From: Nitrospirota bacterium
Lineage (GTDB): Bacteria > Nitrospirota > UBA9217
DNA: 64,000 nt
Assembly (NCBI GenBank): GCA_963818475.1
Contig: CAWFSF010000002.1
Span: 576,001-640,000 of the forward strand
Reading direction: 5' to 3'
Shown: piece after piece, positions 18,025-29,815 of the stretch
Position numbering within the stretch: position 1 is the first letter of the stretch
Layout: each line of letters opens with the position of its first letter
Program-made: the position numbers and the translations under genes
The notes under the pieces: generated by a model
The model's database searches: none
What the model was told of the DNA's origin: nothing
What the model saw: the letters and a program-made list of their open reading frames with translations, nothing else

Positions 18025-18585
18025 CTACCACTCTGGGCGATGCGTGACTGCGGTGCTCTTGGCGTCAAGAAAGCGGAGCGCTTTGTCCTTCCATTCCCCG
18101 GCATACTCCACGCCTATCCGCTTCGTACTCCTGATCCGCGGTCGGTAAAGAAGGTCGTGCTCGAGGTACAGCCTGTCTTTTGTCAGGTCCAGACCGTTCG
18201 CGGAGCGGGTGATCTTGAAGCCGCGCGTAAGTTTTCCAGGGCCGGAGAGATCGGCCTTCCAATTTCCCAGGGGTTCTGCCGCCCGGATGAGCACCGCCTG
18301 ACCGCTTCCTGTCCTGCCCGCCACGATATTGAACATCTCGTACATCCCGTAGATCAGGTAAACATAGGCATGACCGGCAGGGCCGAACATGACCTCGGTG
18401 CGTTTCGTGCGGCCTTTGGATGAGTGGGACGCGAGATCATGGGGGCCGGTGTAGGCTTCGGTTTCCACGATGCGCGCCCGGTATTCCCTGCCGCGGCTGC
18501 GATGTACGAGGACCGCTCCGATCAGATCACGGGCGAGCTCTTTTGCGTTCTGTTGGTAGAAGGAACGGCCGAGCTTCTTCACCAT
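18025..18585 (-). CDS. DNA-3-methyladenine glycosylase (MPG/AAG family)
   Basis: IVETEAY, YVYLIYGMY, AVLIRA, GPGKL, RIG. Confidence 0.92.
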   Translation of the reverse strand: MVKKLGRSFYQQNAKELARDLIGAVLVHRSRGREYRARIVETEAYTGPHDLASHSSKGRTKRTEVMFGPAGHAYVYLIYGMYEMFNIVAGRTGSGQAVLIRAAEPLGNWKADLSGPGKLTRGFKITRSANGLDLTKDRLYLEHDLLYRPRIRSTKRIGVEYAGEWKDKALRFLDAKSTAVTHRPEW

Positions 18586-18619
18586 AACACGGGCTCTCGA
18601 TGAGCAGGATGGATACTGC

Positions 18620-19816
18620 CTAGTCCGGACCGCTTTCGCGCAGCGGGACGGTATTGTGGATCCGCTCTTCTTCCATGAGCAGGACGAAGAGGCAGAACAG
18701 CAAAAGCACCATGGCGGAGAGCGGAGAGAGGAACCGGCTCGCGAGGTTTGCCGCGAGCAGGACTGCGAGCGTCCCGGCATATCGGAACGCTGCTGCGCGC
18801 GATTCCCGGGGGTGCATGACGTGGTGCAGAAGCCACCCGCCGAGCGCCCAAAGGTAGACGCCGCTCCAGAGCAGGCCGAAGGTGCCCTGGCGGAAGCGGT
18901 CCGCGCCGCTCTCCTTTATGGCGAGCTCGATGCCGATCCCCATCGCAACGATGCCCACGACCAGCGGGATGTGGCTGTACATGTATGGCTGACCGCTCCC
19001 CATCCTGACCCTGCCGATGGCGCGCTCCAGGTGCCGGAAGTAGATCCACCAGACGCAGACGCCGATGCCGAACCCAAGCGCCGAAACCGCGACGGCCGGG
19101 GCTTCCCAGTCCCTGCCGGCCAGGCCGCGCACCACGGCGCTGATGGACTCACCCAGCACGATGATCGTGAAGAGCCCGAACCGCTCGGGGATATGCGAGG
19201 GGCTCACGGCGGCCGAGGGATGCATGCTTCGCCAGATCTGCCAGGGCACGGCAAGCTCCAGGGCCAGGCTCGCGCCCCACAGGACGTACCGCGCCGGCGC
19301 GGGCATCAGGATCGAAACCGCCCAGAGCGCGGCCCCGGCGCCGAACCCCTGGAGATAGGTGCGGATGAACGGCCGAGCCGCAGGAGCATGCCTGCCCGCC
19401 CGGGCCAGGAGTGCGAGAAGGATGAGCCGTGCCCCAAGATAGGCAAGGCAGAAGGCCCGCGTCTCGCCCTCCGATGCGTGGTGGACCTCCACAGCCATGC
19501 CCACGACCGCGAACATCTGGAGGAACGTGAAGAGCCGGTAGACGAGGTCGTCGGTGTCGAAGCGTGTGGCATAGACCGTGTGGCCGGCCCAGACCCAGAA
19601 CAGGGGAATGAACAGGCCGGCGAAGACGAGCATGCCCCGTGCAGAATGGTTCTCCTCCAGCGCGGACGCCACCTGGGCCACCGCAGCCACGACCACGAGA
19701 TCGTAAAAAAGTTCGAGCCACGTGGCGTGCCGCTCCTCTCCCTCCTGCGGCGTCCGCAGACGGGGCCGGACGAGGAGGGACGCGCGGAGTTTGGGAACGA
19801 GTCGGGAAAGCTTCAT
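18620..19816 (-). CDS. ltrA: Low temperature requirement protein A family
   Basis: ATWLELFYDLV and ERFGLFTIIVLGES. Confidence 0.9.
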   Translation of the reverse strand: MKLSRLVPKLRASLLVRPRLRTPQEGEERHATWLELFYDLVVVAAVAQVASALEENHSARGMLVFAGLFIPLFWVWAGHTVYATRFDTDDLVYRLFTFLQMFAVVGMAVEVHHASEGETRAFCLAYLGARLILLALLARAGRHAPAARPFIRTYLQGFGAGAALWAVSILMPAPARYVLWGASLALELAVPWQIWRSMHPSAAVSPSHIPERFGLFTIIVLGESISAVVRGLAGRDWEAPAVAVSALGFGIGVCVWWIYFRHLERAIGRVRMGSGQPYMYSHIPLVVGIVAMGIGIELAIKESGADRFRQGTFGLLWSGVYLWALGGWLLHHVMHPRESRAAAFRYAGTLAVLLAANLASRFLSPLSAMVLLLFCLFVLLMEEERIHNTVPLRESGPD

Positions 19817-19849
19817 GGTCGCGAGCCGGGCATTCTTTGGCGCACCGGT

Positions 19850-20662
19850 CTAGGGTGCTGCCGGTTTGTAATATCCCGTCGCCTCGGGCAGGAGTCCCTT
19901 GATATTCTCGATCCTTTTTGCGTCGGCAGGATGGGTGCTCAAAAGCTCCGGCGGCGCTTTGCCGCCCTTGGACGCCATCATCCGCTCCCAGAACGCCACG
20001 GCGCCCTGCGGGTCATAGCCTGCCATTGCCATGAAGATCAGCCCCAGATGATCGGCCTCGGATTCCTGCACTCTGCCGTAAGGAAGCAGCACGCCCACCT
20101 GTGTCCCCAGTCCGTAGGCAGCAAGGAAAAGATCGTTCGTCTTCCCGGAATTCTGCGAAAGCGCCGCATCGAGCGTAAGACCGCCCATTTCCACCAGAAG
20201 AGACTGGCTCATGCGCTCGCCCCCGTGGTTCGCCACGGCATGGGCGATCTCATGCCCCATCACCACCGCGAGCCCGTTTTCATCCCCGGCAACAGGCAGG
20301 AGCCCCGTATAGACCACAACCTTCCCGCCGGGCATGCACCAGGCGTTTACCTCCTTGTCCGCCACGAGATGAAATTCCCATTCGTACCCTTTCAGACGAG
20401 ATGCCATGTTGTGCTCGGAAAGATACCGTTCCACGGCCAGCTGGATCCGCTTACCCGCACGCTTCACCATCTCCGCCTGCTCTCCCTGTTCAACGACCTC
20501 GTGTTTGGCAAGAAAGTCCTTGTACTGATTGAAGCTCAGGGGAAGGATCTGGCTCGCCGGCACGAACGAGAGCTGTTCCCGTCCGGTGATCGGAACGGTC
20601 TGGCAGGAAACTGCAAAAGCTGATGAAAGTATAAGCAGGAGAATGGTAAGGTTCCGTTTCAT
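19850..20662 (-). CDS. M48 family metallopeptidase lipoprotein
   Basis: NAWCMPGGK, HEIAH, ESEAD, STHP. Confidence 0.92.
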   Translation of the reverse strand: MKRNLTILLLILSSAFAVSCQTVPITGREQLSFVPASQILPLSFNQYKDFLAKHEVVEQGEQAEMVKRAGKRIQLAVERYLSEHNMASRLKGYEWEFHLVADKEVNAWCMPGGKVVVYTGLLPVAGDENGLAVVMGHEIAHAVANHGGERMSQSLLVEMGGLTLDAALSQNSGKTNDLFLAAYGLGTQVGVLLPYGRVQESEADHLGLIFMAMAGYDPQGAVAFWERMMASKGGKAPPELLSTHPADAKRIENIKGLLPEATGYYKPAAP

Positions 20663-20711
20663 AAGCACCGCCTCCGTTTCACGCCTACGCATTGATCGCA
20701 ACATGAATTAA

Positions 20712-21185
20712 CTATGGCGCGGGAATGAGGACCAGGTCGAACCCTGCTTCGGTCTTTCCCTGCGCCGGATAGTGCTGCGTGACCAGGGTCTTGAATCCCT
20801 GGGCAGATACCCGGATATGGATGTGAGGCTGCCGGGCTCCGTAGGGCAGCGGGATGTTGCTTTCGAAACGGTACGAGCCGGCGGCATCGGAGTAGACGGT
20901 TGCGCGGTGCGCATCGTCGTACTCTCCGTCAGGCCCGGCAAGCCAGAATTCGATCGCGGCCTTTGCGACAGGTTCGCAGTCCTTTGACGACCTGACGGTC
21001 CCCTGCAGCACATACCCTTTTCCAACGCTTGACCGCACCGGAGCATTGGGCTCGTAAAAAGGTCCGAGAATATCCGATCCCGTGGGCTTGCAGTCTGCTG
21101 CAAGAGATTCGGCGGTAGATATGATCAGCAGGAGGAATACGCCGATCAACATTGGATATCCGGGTTTCATCAATCCGCACCCCAT
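20712..21185 (-). CDS. Exported intradiol ring-cleavage dioxygenase-like protein
   Basis: GPFY, PLPYGARQPHIHIRV. Confidence 0.8.
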   Translation of the reverse strand: MGCGLMKPGYPMLIGVFLLLIISTAESLAADCKPTGSDILGPFYEPNAPVRSSVGKGYVLQGTVRSSKDCEPVAKAAIEFWLAGPDGEYDDAHRATVYSDAAGSYRFESNIPLPYGARQPHIHIRVSAQGFKTLVTQHYPAQGKTEAGFDLVLIPAP

Positions 21186-21193
21186 GCCTCGAC

Positions 21194-21850
21194 TCAGTAA
21201 TAACTCACTTCCAGCAGCGGCGCCAGGATCTCCCGGTCACGTCCCGTGGTATCGTTTATCACGATGAGACCGGGAGTGACCGGTCCGAGGTCCTCCATGA
21301 TGCGGACCTGGAAGTCCGGCAGCCCCAGTCGCTGCGCCTCCCTCATCAGGAAAGTAACATCCACCGGAACGTGGTTGCCAAAGTCGGCCTCCGAGATCGG
21401 CGGTTGTATGGTGATGCTGGCCAGCGCAGGCTGCTGCACACGGTCGAAATCCGTACCCATCAGCGTCGGCGGCTGAAAAGAAACGAGGTCGATGCGGATC
21501 GGGATCGTTCCGATCAGCGGGTTGGGAAAGATGTTGTCGATGAAGATATCGAGGGTCGCAGAAGAAATGCCTGCATTGAGCGGAACGCCGCCCGGGCCGC
21601 CAAGATAAAAGTCCAGGAAAGTGCGGTATTCGACGTTGGTTGCAGGGTCAATGCCGGCATACAGGGTTTGCGTGTTGCCCTGCGTCACGGTATACACCCC
21701 CGTATCAGGATCCCGTGCAATGTCGCCGTCGTACGCCGGATCGCTCAATATCTGAGTGACAATGACAGGCGATGAGCTGTGGTCTCCTCCGCATGCTCCG
21801 AGTGTCAAGCTGACGACCAATAGCGTAACAACAACGATGGGAACCTTCAT
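21194..21850 (-). CDS. Hypothetical lipoprotein
   Basis: LGACGG lipobox; YRTFLDF..ISSATL beta-rich domain. Confidence 0.75.
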   Translation of the reverse strand: MKVPIVVVTLLVVSLTLGACGGDHSSSPVIVTQILSDPAYDGDIARDPDTGVYTVTQGNTQTLYAGIDPATNVEYRTFLDFYLGGPGGVPLNAGISSATLDIFIDNIFPNPLIGTIPIRIDLVSFQPPTLMGTDFDRVQQPALASITIQPPISEADFGNHVPVDVTFLMREAQRLGLPDFQVRIMEDLGPVTPGLIVINDTTGRDREILAPLLEVSYY

Positions 21851-22013
21851 GGCGGGCCTCCTCTTGAGCCAGTCCGTAATGTTAAAATAGAACTACAGAG
21901 TCCACGAAAACTTTTTAATGCAACTGCTTCAAGTGTACCACGCGCGGAACCGAAAGAATTGCGTTCCTAACTAATACTTTAGCAGGAGAGCAGCAGCATG
22001 CGATGATTGCGAA

Positions 22014-23753
22014 TCAGCCGGAAGCGGCGCTTCTCAGGTTGCCGCGCCTGAGCCTCCGCAGGAGCTGTCCCGCCTTCAGGGTGTTCAGAACATGCTTTTT
22101 CGTAAGCCACCCGCGCCGCGCAACAGACACACCATAGGCCATGAAGTCGAACTGGTCTGTGAGATGCATGTCCGTGCTGATCGCAAGAGGAACGCCGTAT
22201 TCAGCGGCCAATTTCGCGTACTGGTCCGTGAGGTCCAGCCGCAGGGGATAGGCGTTGATCTCCAGGCAGACGCCGTACTTCGCCGCCTCCTTCAGCACCG
22301 CCTCCAGGTCCACGTCATAGGCGTCCCGCTCATTGATCAGCCTGCCCGTGGGATGGGCGATAACGGAGACCGCGGGATTCCTGATCGCGGCGAGCAGACG
22401 GCCCGTGATCTTGTCCCGGGGCTGGCTGAAGCCCGAGTGGATCGACGCGACCACGATGTCGAGGCCGGCCAGCACGCTTTCAGGGAGGTCCAGGCTTCCG
22501 TCGGAACGGATGTCCACCTCGGTTCCCTTGAGGATGCGGAATCCCGTGAGCTTTTCGTTCGCCTCGTCGATCATCCGCATTTGCTGCGCAAGCCGCTTCT
22601 CGTCCAGGCCGCGCGCCACGCCTAATCCCCTGGTATGGTCCGTGATCGCGATATACTCGTAGCCTTTTTTCCTGGCCGCCTGGACAACGGTGTCGAGGTC
22701 ATGACTGCCGTCGGACATGCTGGTATGCACATGAAGATCGCCCCGGATGTCGTCCAGCGTGATCAGGTCGGGCAGGGTTCCCTCAAGCGCCTGCCTGATC
22801 TCTCCCCGGTCCTCGCGCAGCTCAGGAGGTATCCAGGGAAGACCGAGCGCCTGGTACACGTCTTCTTCTTTTTTCCCGCCGATCTTCTTCTCCGCAGCCC
22901 CCTGGAACACGCCGTACTCGTTGATCTTGAGCCCTGCCCGGACCGCCATCTCCCGCAGCCTGATGTTGTGCTCCTTGCTGCCGGTGAAATACTGGAGCGC
23001 CGCGCCAAAGGAGTCTTCCTCCACCACCCGCAGGTCCACCTGGATGTTGTCGTCGGTCAGGACCGACGATCTGGTCCCTCCCCGGCTCAGGATCCGCGCG
23101 ATCTGCGGCAGCTTCACGAACGCCTCCATCACCGCCTGCGGCTCCTTCGACGTGCAGAGGATATCGATGTCCTTCACCGTGTCCTTCCAGCGCCGGATGC
23201 TGCCCGCGATCTCGATCTTGTGTATCGGCGCGCTTTCCTTGATGCGCCTGACGATCTCATTGGCAAGCGGCAGCGCGCGGCCGAGCGGCTGCCGTCCGCT
23301 CCTCCGCCGGACCAGCTCGATGCCTTTCAGGATGTTCTGCTCGGTTTTGTCCTGAATGCCGGGCAGCCCCTTCAGCCTGCCTGCCTTGATCGCTGCCTCG
23401 AGATCATCGAGGCTTGCGATCTTCAGCTTTTCAAGGAACTGCTTCGCTTTCTTCGGCCCGAGCCCGGGCACGCGCAGCAATTCCAGCACCCCTGCCGGTA
23501 TCTCCTGCTTCAGCTCCTCGTACTTCGCGATCATGCCCGTCGCAAGATACTCGCGGATCTTTGCCGCAAGGTCCTTGCCGATGCCCGGCAGCTCGGTCAG
23601 TTCCTCGTCCGGGAGCGTTGCCACGTCCTTCGAAAGGCCCTCGATGGTCTGGCTGGCACGCTGGTAGGCGCGGATGCGGAAGACGTTCTCGCCCTTGAGC
23701 TCAAGAAGCTCCGCGATATCGTGGAAGATCTGCGCGATCTGCTGATTTTTCAT
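22014..23753 (-). CDS. polX: DNA polymerase X / PHP 3'-5' exonuclease
   Basis: HhH motifs, AGSIRR..DIDIL, YFTGSKEHN, PHP HVHT..SDG, TDH. Confidence 0.95.
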   Translation of the reverse strand: MKNQQIAQIFHDIAELLELKGENVFRIRAYQRASQTIEGLSKDVATLPDEELTELPGIGKDLAAKIREYLATGMIAKYEELKQEIPAGVLELLRVPGLGPKKAKQFLEKLKIASLDDLEAAIKAGRLKGLPGIQDKTEQNILKGIELVRRRSGRQPLGRALPLANEIVRRIKESAPIHKIEIAGSIRRWKDTVKDIDILCTSKEPQAVMEAFVKLPQIARILSRGGTRSSVLTDDNIQVDLRVVEEDSFGAALQYFTGSKEHNIRLREMAVRAGLKINEYGVFQGAAEKKIGGKKEEDVYQALGLPWIPPELREDRGEIRQALEGTLPDLITLDDIRGDLHVHTSMSDGSHDLDTVVQAARKKGYEYIAITDHTRGLGVARGLDEKRLAQQMRMIDEANEKLTGFRILKGTEVDIRSDGSLDLPESVLAGLDIVVASIHSGFSQPRDKITGRLLAAIRNPAVSVIAHPTGRLINERDAYDVDLEAVLKEAAKYGVCLEINAYPLRLDLTDQYAKLAAEYGVPLAISTDMHLTDQFDFMAYGVSVARRGWLTKKHVLNTLKAGQLLRRLRRGNLRSAASG

Positions 23754-23871
23754 GGCAGGCACCTTTCTGCGCACGGTTCTGATCAGAAACAGCTGCTATT
23801 TCGATTGTATCACAGGGGAAGGGGAAGAATTCGCGGCGGGTGATGCGGTTCAGCAATAAAGAAGACGGCGG

Positions 23872-24390
23872 TCACTTCGGGTCTGCATGAAACAGTTTGC
23901 CAATGAGCAGATTGAGGGGGTTGGAGCGGGAGAGAAAGGCGATAGGCGGACTTTTCCGTGTGCCGAGGCGCTGCATTTCTTTTTTGAGCTCCAGATTTCC
24001 CCGGTCATACTGCAACCCTTTTTGAAAGTTCTCGACGGCTTCCTTCTTATTGCCCGAGGCAAGTAAGGTCCTGCCGAGATTGAGATAGAGGATGGGATAG
24101 ACCCTGCCCGCGAGATCGCGATCGGAGGTCTTGAACAGGACGAAGGCCTTCTTGCAGGCAGCCAGTCCGCTCTTGTGTTTCTTGTCCACAATTGCCTGGA
24201 GCCAGCCGCAATAGGAAAGGATGATGGGTTGCTTTGGATAGATCGCGCTTGCCTGGAGCAGAATGCCGTAAGCGTCCTTGCGCCGGCCGCTCCGGAGATG
24301 AGCGCGCGCAGACTTGAGATACTCGGCAGCGGGCATTACCTCGGGCTGGTTCTGTTGTTCTGCTGACCCATGGGTATTGATCGGTTCCAT
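23872..24390 (-). CDS. TPR-containing protein
   Basis: YLNLGR..L..G...EA TPR pattern. Confidence 0.75.
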   Translation of the reverse strand: MEPINTHGSAEQQNQPEVMPAAEYLKSARAHLRSGRRKDAYGILLQASAIYPKQPIILSYCGWLQAIVDKKHKSGLAACKKAFVLFKTSDRDLAGRVYPILYLNLGRTLLASGNKKEAVENFQKGLQYDRGNLELKKEMQRLGTRKSPPIAFLSRSNPLNLLIGKLFHADPK

Positions 24391-24581
24391 GGGCGAGAGT
24401 GTACCATTTGCCTCGCTTGAATCAAGAAAAAACCTTCAGGCCTGATTATTCACGATCCCGCGACAAGATATTTTAGCATCACCCATTTAAAACACCTGGA
24501 GAAACGCGCTGCCCATTCGTTCATGCGTCTGCATACTCTGCGGATATGCGCAGCTGCCTTCTTGTTTTCCTGAAGCAGGAT

Positions 24582-27500
24582 TCAGCAGTCCTCCTTACGT
24601 GCGACTCCCCGCCTCCACCAGCTCGCGAAGCTGATCCGCCGGCACCGGCCTGCTGAACAGAAAACCCTGCGCCTCGTCGCATTCCGACTCGCGCAGAAAA
24701 GCGAGCTGCTCCTCGGTCTCCACCCCCTCGGCAACGGTCTTGATCCCCATCTTGTGCGCCATCGAGGTGACTGCGCCGATGATCGCACGGTCATCGGAAT
24801 CCTGTCACAATGTCCTGGATGAAGGACCGGTCTATTTTGAGACGCTCGATCGGCAGTTTTTTGAGGTAATTGAGCGACGAATAGCCGGTCCCGAAATCGT
24901 CTATCGAAATATGCACTCCCATCTCCCGCAGTTCCCGAAGCTGCGAGGCGCTCTGCTCGACATCGCTCATTGCGGTGCTTTCGGTCACCTCCAGGTCGAG
25001 ACAGCCCGGCGGCAGTCCTGTTTTCCTTCAGAAGTGGCGGATATCATCTCGACGAGCATCGGGCTCTGGAACTGGCGGGCCGAAAGGTTGACGGCAACGC
25101 AAAAACTCTCCAGTCCCGCCTTCTTCCATGCAGCGGCCTGCGAGCAGGCGGTCCTCAGCACCCATTCGTCGATCGATGTTATGAACCCCGTCTCCTCGGC
25201 GAGCGGAATAAAGTCGCGGGGCTCAAGAAGGCCTCTCTCCGGGTGGTTCCACCGGACCAGCGCCTCGGCATAGGATATTTTTTTCGACCTGATGTCGATC
25301 TGGGGCTGATAGAGGACCGAGAGCTCCCCGCGGCGTATCGTCTGGCGCAGCCAGCCTGCCAGCCTCATCCGCTCGATGGTCTTCACGTTGATCGAGGGGT
25401 TATAGAACCGGAACGTGTTCCTGCCGCTTTCCTTTGCGTGGTACATGGCGATGTCCGCATAGCGGAGCAGCGTTTCTATATCGTCGCTGTCGTCCGGGTA
25501 AACGCTGATCCCGACGCTCGTCGTGGCGTGCAGTTCATGCCCGCCGACGATGACCGGCTTCCGGAGGGAATCGACGATCTTGGCCGCGATGTCGCTCACG
25601 TCTTCGGTACGGTTGATATCCGCCAGGATCATGTTGAATTCGTCCCCGCCGATCCGGGCGACGGTGTCCGATTCACGGGTGGTCCACCGGAAGCGGTCCG
25701 AAACTTCCTTCAGCAGATCGTCCCCGGCCTCGTGGCCGAGCGTATCGTTGATCTCCTTGAAGTGGTCGAGGTCGAGAAACAGGATGGCAAGTTTCGTTCT
25801 GCGGCGCCGGGCCTCTGCCAGCTCGACCTGCAGGATGTCGATGAACAGCCGCCGGTTCGGAAGCCCGGTCAGGGCGTCGTGCTGCGCCATATGCCGGATC
25901 TCTTCTTCCATCAGTTTCCGGTCGGTCACGTCCCGCGCGATCCCCGCAGACCCGATGATGATCCCCCCCTCGTTATAGATCGGGGTCTTGATGGTCTCGA
26001 TCCATCGGACCGTACCCTCGGCGGGGACGAGCATCTCTTCGACCTGTTTCAGCGTACCCGACCGCATGACCTCTTCGTCGTCCGCCCGGTATTGTTCCGC
26101 AAGCTCGCGCGGCCATGCGTCCAGGTCCGTTTTCCCGATCAATTCGCCAGGGTCCTTTCCGGCCGCGATCCCGAAGGGAGGGTTCACCAGAATGAACCTG
26201 CCTTCCCGGTCTTTGAGCCAGGCGATATCCGGAATGCTGTTCAGGAAGGCATTGAGGAGCTGCTCGCTTCTCCTGAGAGCATTTTCGGCCCGCTTTCGCG
26301 CCGTAATGTCCTGAACGACGATGTTCACCCCGACGACATCGCCGGTCTGCTCCCTGACCGGATAATAGTGAGCGAGAACAGTTACCGCCCCTTGCATCGT
26401 TTTTCGGGTGAGCTCGATGTTTTCGACCGGCTGCCCGGTTTCGATGGCACGTTTGCAGAGCTCTTCTATGGTCTGGTCTGCCTCATCCGCTACGACCTCG
26501 CGGACGGTCCGGCCGATGGTTTCCTCAATAGGGACGTTGTTCATCTCCGCAAGCCTTCGGTTGATCTTTACATAGCGCATGTTCCTGTCGATGAAACATA
26601 GTCCGACGGGAGCTGTTTCGTAGATCGTCCGGAGTTCAGCAAAACGGGTTTCCGCCAGTTTCCGGTTTTCCTGCAAGGCCTGGTACAATTCCGCGTTCTC
26701 GAGAGCGAGCGAAACGGATGCGGCAAGCTTCCGGGCGAAATCGAGATGCTCGTCGCCGAATTCTAATTGTTTCGAAAGTTCGCAAAATACCATGGCGCCG
26801 ATGACCCGGTCTTTTGTCATGACGGGAGCTGCCAGCAGGGACCGGATCCCGATCTCGCGGAGGAATTGCACGTTCAGCCGTTCGTCATTGAAGGCGTCGT
26901 TGAAGGCTACGGCATCTCTTGCCTTTGCCGCGTAATCCATGGCCAGGCATTCGTCGGAGGTCAGGATCCGGCGGGAAAAATCTTCCGGCATGTTGTGGAC
27001 GTAGCGGACACGAAAAATGCCGTCCTCGAACTGGCCGATCAGGGTCGCGTCGACGTTCATCGCCTTCGCTGCTCCTTTGACGACGCGCTGCATGATCTCG
27101 TCGATGTCGAGGCTCGAGTAAATGACCGTACCGAGATTGTTGAGCGCATCGCTCAGCGCTTTTGATTTTCTGATCAGGTCCTCGGCCCGCCTCCGTTCGG
27201 CGATCTCGATGATGAGTTCTTCGTTGGTTTGTGCGAGTTCGCGCGTGCGCTCCTGCACGTTTATTTCGAGTTCGGCATATGACCGTTTCAGGGTTTCCTT
27301 CACGCGCCGGAGGTTCGCTTGAGATCCAAGGAGTTCCTCTTCGATCCGTTTCCGTTCGGTTATGTCCCGCATGATCGAGGCGTAACCCGTTACCGTGTTC
27401 CCGGTCTTCAGCGCAACGGCGCTCAGCTCAACAAGAATTTCCCTTCCGTCTTTCGCGAGCCTCACGGATTCGTGCGCAAAAATTTTTCTCTCTCCGTTCA

Positions 27501-27717
27501 GCGCCGTGACGCAGTGCTCCAGCTCCTGCTGCGCGATGTCCGCCGGGATGATTACGGAGAAATGTTTGCCGATGATCTCATCCGCCCCGTATCCCAGCAT
27601 ATCTTCCGCACCGTGGTTCCAGCTCTGGATGATAAAATCCGTGCCCGTTACACAGATAGCGTCCGGGATGTTCTGGACAATGGTGAAAAATGGGTATTCA
27701 AATTGGTGAAGGTCCAT
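24582..27717 (-). CDS. PAS-GAF-PAS-PAS-GGDEF-EAL diguanylate cyclase/phosphodiesterase (frameshifts in the EAL region)
   Basis: [18 protein letters not shown] and KIDRSF split over ORFs 24985-27717 and 24791-24988. Confidence 0.9.
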
Positions 27718-28066
27718 AGTGGTATGCCCTGATGGATTGAGACCGCTCAGCCGCGTCTTTTACAAATCCTCAACATTGATACATATGTAAAGTCAAAATC
27801 TACCACTGAGAGTCAAAAGTCGATTTGAAAAGTTAATGGTTTCTCTGTGCCCGTGCTTCTGTGGTGAATATAGGTTTGTTACTATTTGCTCGAGATTTAC
27901 ATTCCTCATAATTTAGATTGTAACTCTCTTTCACAAGGGACAAAAAGGATGAGAGAAAAGCGTGCTACTTTAGGCTTTTGGTTGAGTACGGGTAGATGCT
28001 GCTATACTTAAAATAAGCGACAACGCGGGGAATCGGGCGCTTTGATCGGCAGCGCGAGGTGAAAAC

Positions 28067-28972
28067 ATGAGGGTCCTGCTCGCAACGGACGGATCTGAAT
28101 ATTCCGGGAACGCGGCGAAGTTCCTGTCCCGCATCAACTGGTCCCCGCAGGACTCCATCACCGTGTTTCACGCCATCTATGCGATCCCGTTCCCGGAAGA
28201 CGGGACATTCCACGCTGATACGCTCAGGGCCGTTAAGATGGAGATCGCACCCAGGATCCTCGATGCGGCAGTGGCCGATCTCAAGCCTGTTCAGGCGGGG
28301 ATCAGCGTCGAGATCAGTGAATTTTGTCCGGCAGAGTGCACACCTGACCAGTGCATCGTGAACGCGGCCCGATCTTCGAAGGCGGACCTCATTGCCATGG
28401 GTGCGCGGGGGACCAAAGGAGCGTCGTCCTTTCTCGGGAGCGTGGCGCGGCTGGTCGCGGCGCATTCCCCGCTGCCGGTCCTGGTGGTCAAGCGTGAAGA
28501 GATACGCCCACCCGGGCCTTTCAAGGTGCTGTTCGCTGTCGACGGCTCGGCCTATGCCCGGGCAGCAGGCGACTTCCTGTTGTCCCTTCCCGTTCCCGAT
28601 AACGCGGAAGTAACTGCCCTCCATGTTGTTGCATCAAGTTTCTCCGATCTGCCGGAGCGGTTTGCCCTGGAGATCAATGACCGGATCAAAGAGGCCGTGG
28701 CAAGTTCCCGGACTCGCGAACTGGCCGCATCGGAAAAAATTCTTGAAGAGGCGAGAAGGTCGCTGGAAAAAAAATTCCGCTCCCTCTCCATTCTTTCACG
28801 GGTCGGAGATCCCTCCACGGAGATCGTGAAGGCTGCAGCGTCCGGAGAAGCGGACATGATCGTGGTGGGCTGCCGGGGACTGCGGGGAATGAAAGGCATG
28901 ATGGGAAGCGTGTCGAAGAACGTCCTCACCCATGCACGGTGCTCCGTGCTGATCGGAAAGACGTGTGGTTGA
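28067..28972 (+). CDS. Tandem universal stress protein
   Basis: Two ATDGS/AVDGS...G.RG...GSV domains. Confidence 0.92.
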   Translation: MRVLLATDGSEYSGNAAKFLSRINWSPQDSITVFHAIYAIPFPEDGTFHADTLRAVKMEIAPRILDAAVADLKPVQAGISVEISEFCPAECTPDQCIVNAARSSKADLIAMGARGTKGASSFLGSVARLVAAHSPLPVLVVKREEIRPPGPFKVLFAVDGSAYARAAGDFLLSLPVPDNAEVTALHVVASSFSDLPERFALEINDRIKEAVASSRTRELAASEKILEEARRSLEKKFRSLSILSRVGDPSTEIVKAAASGEADMIVVGCRGLRGMKGMMGSVSKNVLTHARCSVLIGKTCG

Positions 28973-29019
28973 CAGAAGCAGAGAAAAGCGTGTGCCGGAC
29001 TTCACCGTCGGAGATTATC

Positions 29020-29805
29020 ATGCCCTCAACATCTTCACGCTTCTGGCTTTATCATGCCGTCTACCCCTTTCTGCTTTTTATCCTGCTCGCGATCCTGTTC
29101 GAGAAATCCGATCTTGACCTGTTCTTCTCGGATTATTTCTTTGATTTTCACTATCGGGCATGGAAGTTCAAAGACTCCTGGTGGGCAGAGGGCCTCGTCC
29201 ATGTGCTGGGGAGAAAGCTCGTTCTGTGCTTTAGCTTGTGGCTCCTGGCAGTCTGGGTTCTTTCCTTCATCAGCGAAGCGTTGAGGCCCTGGCGGCGCGC
29301 TGCCCTGTATCTTGTTTGTGCCATCGGTCTCGCGACCGGCTCTGTTGCGCTCGGCAAGGAAGTCCTGAACAGGCATTGTCCCTGTGACTATGACCGCTAC
29401 GGGGGCGACGTTCCGTATGGGAAGTTGCTCGACCCGCCGCCTGCATCCTGCCAAAAAGGGAGGTGTTTTCCGGCCGGTCATGCTGCGGCAGGGTTTTCCC
29501 TGATGAGCGGTTACTTCATCTATTACCGCCGGCATCAGCGAAAGGCGCTGGGGTTTTTCATATTCGGTTTTCTGGTCGGCTCGCTTTTCGGGTTTACACA
29601 GGTTGCCCGCGGTGTTCACTTTGCCTCCCATAATCTCTGGAGTCTGGCTCTCTGTTGGTTTATCGGGCTCGGGCTTTATGCGGGGCCGTTCAGCCGTGCT
29701 GTTTCTCCGCCCGGAACTGAGGTCCGGAGAGGGGCCGCTGCGGTTGTTGGTAATGCAATTGTGCCTCCGACGAGGCAGGCGGGAAAGCGACAAGGGAAAT
29801 TGTGA
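29020..29805 (+). CDS. PAP2 family phosphatase
   Basis: K......CP, CFPAGHA, RGVHFASH. Confidence 0.85.
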   Translation: MPSTSSRFWLYHAVYPFLLFILLAILFEKSDLDLFFSDYFFDFHYRAWKFKDSWWAEGLVHVLGRKLVLCFSLWLLAVWVLSFISEALRPWRRAALYLVCAIGLATGSVALGKEVLNRHCPCDYDRYGGDVPYGKLLDPPPASCQKGRCFPAGHAAAGFSLMSGYFIYYRRHQRKALGFFIFGFLVGSLFGFTQVARGVHFASHNLWSLALCWFIGLGLYAGPFSRAVSPPGTEVRRGAAAVVGNAIVPPTRQAGKRQGKL

Positions 29806-29815
29806 AACCTGCGCA

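Noticed and set aside
18025-23753. MPG, polX and lhr as a DNA-repair island
   Set aside because: Separated by unrelated genes, with no shared operator seen.
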